Shown here piece after piece: positions 57,290 through 64,000 of a stretch of 64,000 nt of DNA. Within the stretch, counting starts at the first letter, position 1. Each line of letters opens with the position of its first letter. Below the pieces are notes generated by a model that had not been told where the DNA came from, searched no databases, and was given only the letters and a program-made list of their open reading frames with translations. Both the position numbers and the translations under genes were made by a program. The DNA lies in assembly GCF_040869285.1 (NCBI RefSeq), contig NC_090432.1; one strand, given 5' to 3'. Source of the stretch: Myxine glutinosa. Its lineage: Eukaryota.

Positions 57290-58188
57290 ATGACTTCTTT
57301 CGGCCATATCGATGAATTCGACCCTCATGAGGGAGACTTTGACACGTATTCTGAGCGGTTGTCTTTTTACTTCGAGGCGAACGGCATCGCGACCGAAGCC
57401 CGGATGAAGGCCGTCTTTCTGTCCGCTTGCGGGGGTGAGACGTTCACACTCGTTAAAAACCTGATTCGGCCTCGGACAATCCAGGAGGTTCATTCATTGC
57501 AAACCAGGTTCATTGGTTTGAACCTGAATCCAGGTTCATTGCAAACCTCAAAAAACTGTCGCATCTGTGTGAGTTTGGGGACACGATTGATGACATGCTC
57601 CGTGATTTGTTGGTGGTTGGCATATCCGATGACCGCACTCGTAGACGCCTGCTTGCTGAGAGAAGACTGATGTTCCAAAATGCCAGAGACACCGCCTCCG
57701 CCATGTCCATGGAAAGTGCTGAACGCAACGCTACAAGCATCGGTGCCACTCGCTCATCTGGTACCAGCCCTGCTCTGAATCGGTTGGATCATGATCAGCC
57801 AAAACGTTGGAACAAGGCTCCTCGTCAGAAGCCAGTGCAGTCTCAAACACACAACAAATGTTTTCGGTGCAACGGAAGGCACCCTCCGGAGACGTGTCGC
57901 TTCAAAGATGCCACCTGCCATTTCTGTTCGAAAAATGGCCATATTGCTCCAGCTTGCATCACTCGCAAATCGGGAAAACGGAAATCTGCTGACAAGAACA
58001 TTCATCAGTTTATCGGTTCGGAGGAACCTGAGTTTGACCAGGTGAGCTCTGTTTCCAACAACTCAGAATCGTGTAACCTGTTTTACATTGATTCTCACCA
58101 TAGCGGGACCCTCTTCTTGCCACTGTTGTCGTCAACAATCGACCATTGCAAATGGAGGTCGACACTGGTGCGGCTGTCTCGCTCGTAA
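57290..58188 (+). pseudogene. gag (capsid + two CCHC zinc knuckles), one frameshift
   Basis: ORFs 57290-57670 and 57595-58188 overlap in different frames; CFRCNGRHPPETC and CHFCSKNGHIAPAC. Confidence 0.7.
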
Positions 58189-61026
58189 GCCATGCTGTTT
58201 TCACAAACCTGTGGAGTGATGCTGACCGACCCCATCTGAAACCTACTACCTATGGACTCTCCACCTATACAGGTGAGAAGATTGTTCCCTGCGGTACAAG
58301 TGACGTCACGGTGGGCTACGATAACCGTGAGTTTCACGAACCCCTGATCGTCATTCCTGGAAAGGGCGCTTCCTTACTCGGCAGGAACTGGTTGAGCATA
58401 ATTCGACTGAAGTGGAAAAGCATTCATCAACTCCGGGCCACCAACGTTTCTCCTACCGCAGCATACACACTCAAAAATGTGCTGGATACGTACCCGGATG
58501 TCTTCAAGGATGAGCTTGGAACCTTGAAAGGACATACGGCTAAACCCAGTGTTGACCGGGATGCCAATCCTATATTTTGCAGAGCTCTCCCAGTCCCTTT
58601 CGCCCTGCGGGAGCGGATTGACAAGGAACTGGATCATCTTGAAAATCTAGGCATCATCGAGCAAATCCAGTATGCCGAATGGGCGGCGCCCATCGTTCCG
58701 GTCATAAAATCGGACCAGTCCATCCGTATATGTGGAGATTATAAAATGACCGTGAACAAGTGTTCTTCATTGGATAAATATCCAATCCCGAGGATCGAAG
58801 ACCTCTATGCTCGTCTCACGGGAGGCAAGACTTTTACGAAACTCGATCTCAAATCCGCCTATCTCCAGTTCCGCTTGGACGAGAATTTGAAACAGTATCT
58901 TACCATCAACACACATCGTGGGTTGTACAGGTACCACCGACTCAGTTTTGGAGTGAAATCTGCACCTGGAATTTATCAGCGTGTCATGGACAGTTTGATT
59001 GCCGCCGAACGCAACGTCGTTTGTTACCAGAATGATATTCTGGTTACTGGTCGTACGGACGCCGAACATCTACAAAACCTGGATAGTTTTCTGAAGAAGA
59101 TTTCGGACTCCGGCCTATGTTTGCGTCGAGACAAGTGCAAGTTTATGGTGCCATCAGTCACGTACCTGGGTCATACGATTGATGCCGAGGGTCTACACCC
59201 GACAGATGAGAAAGTCCGAGCTATCAAGGATGCTCCTGCTCCACGAGACGTTACCGAATTGAAGTCATACCTCGGTTTGCTTCAGTTCTATGGTCGTTAC
59301 ATCCCGAATGTGACCGACATTTTGGGCCCCCTTTATCGGCTTTTGAGGAAAGGAGTCTCCTGGAGCTGGGGATCCACTGAACAATCAGCATTCCAGACCT
59401 CCAAGGATCTGCTCAAATCGTCCAATGTTCTCGTTCATTTTGATCCAGAGAAGGATCTTGTGCTGACATGCGATGCCTGTCGGTATGGAGTGGGGAGTGT
59501 ATTATCACACGTGATGCCTGATGGTACAGAAAGACCTGTTGCATTTGCATCCAGAACGTTGTCCCCGGCAGAGAAGAACTATTCCCAACTTGACAAGGAA
59601 GGATTGGGAATCGTTTTCGGCATCAGCAAATTTTGCCAGTACCTTCTTGGACATCATTTCAGGATTCGCACTGATCACAAGCCGCTGATCAGTCTGTTTG
59701 GTCCAACTAAGGCGACATCTGACACACTACAGCCCAGGATCATCCGCTGGTCCCTGTTTCTCGCTGCTTATGACTACACCATATGTTATAAGCCCGGTTC
59801 GTCTATCACAAATGCAGATGCCATGAGTCGGTTACCCCTTCCAGAATCCGTTGATGATTCGCCTACACCAGGATCCATTTATCGCACTGATGGATCATCT
59901 GGAAGATTGTGCTGTCGATTCTGGCCAGATCCGCACTCATACTAGACGAGACCCCGTTCTGTCCAGAACTGTCCAGGCTGTACAGCTTGGATGGCATTTG
60001 CTACCTGAGGGTGACCCAGCTTTTGCGGCTTTTAAAGCACGTAAAAACGAACTCAGCATGGAAAATGGTTGCCTACTCTGGGGATGTCGTGTCGTGATCC
60101 CGGAAAATCTACGTTCCAGGGTCATGGATGAAATCCATGACTGTCACCCTGGGATTGTGAAGATGAAGTCACTCGCTAGAAACTATGTGTGGTGGCCGAA
60201 TCTTGATGCTGATATTGAACATCATGTTCGACATTGTTACCCCTGCCAGAGCACCCGGAATACACCTGCGAAAGCGCCACTGCATCCCTGGGAATGGCCC
60301 AGCGAACCGTGGCATCGCCTACATCTCGATTATGCCAGGCCTATTAACGGCAGCATGATTCTAATAATTATGGACGCGCACACAAAATGGATCGATGCCT
60401 ATGTGACGCGTGGTACTATGTCAGCCATTGTCATCGAAAGACTCAGATGCTGTTTCGCCACTCATGGTCTGCCCAGGATGATCGTGAGTGATAACGGTAC
60501 GTGTTTTTCCAGGTCCGAGTTTGCCGAGTTCACACGTCGGAACGGCATCAAACATAAGTTTGTCAGCCCACATCACCAGGCTTCAAATGGCTTGGCCGAA
60601 CGATCCGTGGTAATCATCAAATCCGGATTGCAGAAACTTCAGGAGGGAACGCTGGAAACAAAGCTTTCTCGTCTCCTGTTCAAATACCGCATCACGCCAC
60701 AATCAACAACAGGTGCAGCTCCGTCTGAGTTATTGATGAAACGACACTTGAGATCGACACTTGACAATCTCAACCCAGACATATCATCAAACGTTTATCA
60801 GAGCCAGCTTAATCAAAAGTTGGTGCACGATGAGACGTCCAACAGTCGCTGTATCAACATTGGAGGTCCAGTGTTTGCCCGTAATTTTGGTGCAGGTGTG
60901 ACGTGGCTACCGGGGGACATCATCGAGAAGCCAGGTCCACTGTCCTGCGTGATTCGCCTGCAGGACGGCCGTGAAATTCGTCGACATCAGGACCACATAA
61001 CCTACCGTCACTGTGAGTCGATATAG
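58146..61026 (+). pseudogene. pol (protease-RT-RNase H-integrase), one frameshift near 59900
   Basis: 58146-59945 (MEVDTGAAVS, LLGRNWL, FTKLDLKSAYLQF, VAFASRTLSPAEKNYSQLDKE, TDHKPL); 59851-61026 (HDCHPGIVKM...HHVRHCYPCQ; LHLDYARP...IIMDAHTKW...SDNGTCF). Confidence 0.75.
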
Positions 61027-62645
61027 CCTGCAGCATCGTCACGGTCAGAACAACAGTTCGACCCGCCACTGCCAGAGATCGTCGTGGCTGCTCCAGCCGG
61101 CTCGGATGCCCCGAAAACCTCTGCGAATGCTACACCCTTCGTGGAGATCAACGGAATCACCTCGGACTCTGTATCCAATCGTACACCGCCACCCAAAGGG
61201 ATCACCTCGGACTCTGTATCCACTGGTACACCGCGACGCTCAATGCGTGAGAGAAAAGCACCCGACCGGTTGAATCTTTGAAGATGTTTTTTTTCACGTT
61301 GACACATATTCTATTTTCACGTTGACACACGTTCTAATTTTGACGTTGACACATGTTCTATTTTCACGTATTTTCATTATTCTCATAATCGTTTGCACAC
61401 ATATTTTCACATGTTTTGGAAATGTTGCTTTTGAAATGTCAATTCTGGAAATCTAGCACGTATTGCTCTTGGTAATTTTGGACTTAAAGGGGAGGATGTC
61501 ATGTATGAAGCTGCACATATTCACCGTTGTATCCCTACACCGTGACCGCATTGTATCCCTACGCCCCAGCTCGGATGGCGCTGCAGTTAATCGGGCCTGT
61601 ATCGGCACAGTCAATAAACATGTGCTACAATCAATCGTAGTTTGTCGAGATACCTTACAAGTTTCGTGTTAAACAGCAGGAGCGAGTTTCAAAAGGCCGC
61701 CACGAGAAACGCTACGGTAGCGCCAGGAAGGGTCATGTTTTTAACCCAACCCTTGTGGGGTATACAGAGCACAGTAGATCTTCGCTCAGTTCTGCAAGTA
61801 AAGTTTACCTCACAGATGTTGGAATTCCTCCAAATTTCTTTATTTAGTGTTATAAACAGCATTAGCGACTGTTTAAAAAGCTAATCATACGTGTTTGTGG
61901 TTTATAATATTTTTACTTCAGTAGAGGCTGTTGGGCCGTTGCTCCCACGTAAACGGCATGATAAGCTATTTATAAACGTTGACTCGATGTTTGTTCAAGG
62001 AGGAAAAACACCTTGGGGAGGTGGGATATTATTGGTATTAATATTGTTTTGTAATAACATTAATTGTTAGTTTTGTTATTCTAAGCGGCCTTGGAAAAAC
62101 GCGACGATAAAGCTAACTTAACATCGATATACACCTCAACATGCAACCCCATTGACGGCAATGGCAGAGAATCCCCGCTCGAGGGAGAAAACCCCCTTGG
62201 GGAGGTGGGCAAATGAATGCGCTACAACCTTCATTATGTAAACCTTAGTCATCCTGTCGAGTTTGGTTGAGATTGGATAAGTAATGACGGAATGTATTGG
62301 GGTCAAAAATTAATCAGACAGACAGACAGACAGACACCAAATGGCGTATTTTAGTATGATGATGATTGCATTCTCGGTAAACATCAAGACTCAGTAAAGC
62401 ATGTGTGTCCTTTGGAAGAGTGACATATTGCTTTTGGCATGAAAGTTGCATTCGCCTGGACACCAAGATCAGCGTCTGTCATGCCATTATCTTGACGACA
62501 CTCCTGTACAGCCATTTCACCCACTTCACAGCAGGCTTCTTCAGGCCAATATACCACGAGCCTTGGCACGTACTGGGTTTTTATTTACCATGTGGCGGCT
62601 TCCGGTCACATACCAGTGCTCGAGGTCAGATGGAGGAGTTTCTTT

Positions 62646-62938
62646 ATTTTAAAAAAAATTAATTTAGACTCGTGCCCCAGGCGACATACCCGTAACAATA
62701 TATATATATATAATAATTTTTTTATTTTTTTTATTTTTTTTGTGGCATGAACGAGGTATTCGCCATGTGGCATGAACGAGGTATATATATACATGCCAAA
62801 GGCACGAAAGACGCTGATGTTTGTGTCCAGGCGAATACCTCGTTCATGCCACAAAAAAAATAAAAAAAATAAAAAAATTATTATATATATATATTGTTAC
62901 GGGTATGTCGCCTGGGGCACGATTCTAAATTAATTTTA
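62646..62938. mobile_element. Palindromic MITE-like element (~290 bp; arms ~115 bp, loop ~60 bp)
   Basis: 62650-62768 is the reverse complement of 62816-62935 (AATTAATTTAGACTCGTGCCCCAGGCGACATACCCGTAACAATATATATA...); the loop sequence also occurs inverted at 62430-62485; ORFs 62405-62662 and 62606-62854 share the peptide WHE..IRLDT.ISV only because of this DNA repeat. Confidence 0.4.
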
Positions 62939-62974
62939 ATTATATATTATATATATATTATTTGAACCCATTGG

Positions 62975-63745
62975 TATCCCCACTGTCTGCTGGAGTATCT
63001 TGGGATCTGAACCGTTGGGTATCCCCACTGTCTGCTGCAGTTTCTTGGGATCTGAATCCATGGGTATCCCCACTGTCTGCTGGAGTATCTTGGGATCTGA
63101 ACTCATGGGTATCTCCACTGTCTGCTGGAGTATCTTGGGATCTGAACCCTTGGGTATCCCCACTGTCTGCTGCAGTATCTTGGGATCTGAACCCATGGGT
63201 ATCCCCACAGTCTGCTGCAGTATCTTGGGATCTGAACCCGTGGGTATCCCCACTGTCTGCTGGAGTATCTTGGAATCTGAACCCATGGGTATCCCCACTG
63301 TCTGCTGGCGTATCTCCACTGTTTGCTGGAGTATCTTGGGATCTGAACCCTTGGGTATCCCCACTGTCTGCTGCAGTATCTTGGGATCTGAACCCATGGG
63401 TATCCCCATGGTCTGCTGGAGTATCTTGGGATCTGAACCCATGGGTATCCCCACTGTCTGCTGGAGTATCTTGGGATCTGAACCCTTGGGTATCCCCACG
63501 GTCTGCTGGAGTATCTTGGAATCTGAACCGTTGGGTATCCCCACTGTCCGCTGCAGTATCTTAGGATCTGAACCCATGGGTATCCCCACGGTCTGCTGCA
63601 GTATCTTTGGATCTGAACCCATGGGTATCCCCACGGTCTGCTGTAGTATCTTGGGATCTGAACCAATGGGTATCCCCATGGTCTGCTGCAGTATCTTGGG
63701 ATCTGAACCCATGGGTATCCCCACGGTCTGCTGCAGTATCTTGTT
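62975..63745. repeat. ~45-bp minisatellite (TGGGATCTGAACCCATGGGTATCCCCACTGTCTGCTGGAGTATCT)n, ~17 units
   Basis: Direct reading; the ORFs 62936-63794 on both strands are repeat translations. Confidence 0.95.
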
Positions 63746-64000
63746 GCCAAATGTAAGGAAACTGTTGTTTAGGAGAAATCAAATAATTTCTTGAAGTTTA
63801 CTTTTTGAAAAACTACATGAATATTGATTTTCCTTTACAGACCAGTGTGCTCTTTTTTAATGGATATACTTTTGTTTATTACCTTCTTCAAATGCTTTAT
63901 TTGCTGCTCTTCCCATTGGGGCTACCAGCTTGTCACGTGGAATGTTTGTGTCCAGTGTGGGAAACTGAAGGGTTTTTGTGCATTTTTGGAATCCAGTAAA

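Larger units (their letters stand above)
57104..61659 (+). mobile_element. LTR retrotransposon (Ty3/gypsy- or BEL-like order gag-PR-RT-RH-IN), nearly complete, ~4.56 kb
   Basis: LTRs TGTCATGTATGAAGCTGCA...GTCGAGATACTTTACA at 57104-57263 and 61496-61659 (~4% diverged); PBS TGGCGACGAGG at 57264; PPT AAAGGGGAGGA at 61485; gag with 2x CCHC; pol with DTGA, YLQF..., a YxDD-like 'YQNDIL' region, DAS/TDH RNase H, and HHCC + DDE integrase. Confidence 0.85.

Noticed and set aside
62936-63794. 200-264-aa ORFs on both strands
   Set aside because: Translations of the 45-bp minisatellite.

Overview
This window is a eukaryotic, transposon-dense intergenic or accessory region. It is not a prokaryotic locus, and there are no rRNA or tRNA genes, CRISPR arrays or operons. 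The salmonid-type Tc1 terminal repeat and the teleost-type LINE C-terminus point to a vertebrate, most plausibly a teleost fish.

Almost all of the sequence is mobile-element or tandem-repeat DNA:
- LINE family A, an APE endonuclease plus RT element with a poly(A) tail, has three copies. One is full length (51272-55837) with an intact 1007-aa ORF2 and a 5-bp target-site duplication.
- LINE family B (APE, RT and a PHD-like Cys finger, with a characteristic GGCCATTTTCCCTGC...GGTTAGCCTTGCGG 3' tail) has two copies, plus a tRNA-derived SINE and internal-deletion derivatives that share its tail.
- A previously unclassified ~570-bp Helitron-like family has five copies, all inserted between A and T.
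- There are three LTR retrotransposons. One is a gag-protease-only derivative that carries a nested Tc1-like transposon in its 5' LTR.
- Two vertebrate-type Tc1 elements and one pogo/Tigger-like deletion derivative are present.
- A ~1.9-kb foldback-like palindrome has arms built from an 18-bp minisatellite.
- Many microsatellites, minisatellites and a 165-bp satellite-like repeat fill the rest.

Most of the long ORFs in the six-frame track are artefacts of translating tandem repeats. The only intact long coding sequence is the LINE-A ORF2. Any host-gene content is weak: one possible exon at 24264-24773 on the minus strand and two CpG-rich promoter-like stretches. The 'system' here is a nest of successive transposon insertions, not a gene cluster.
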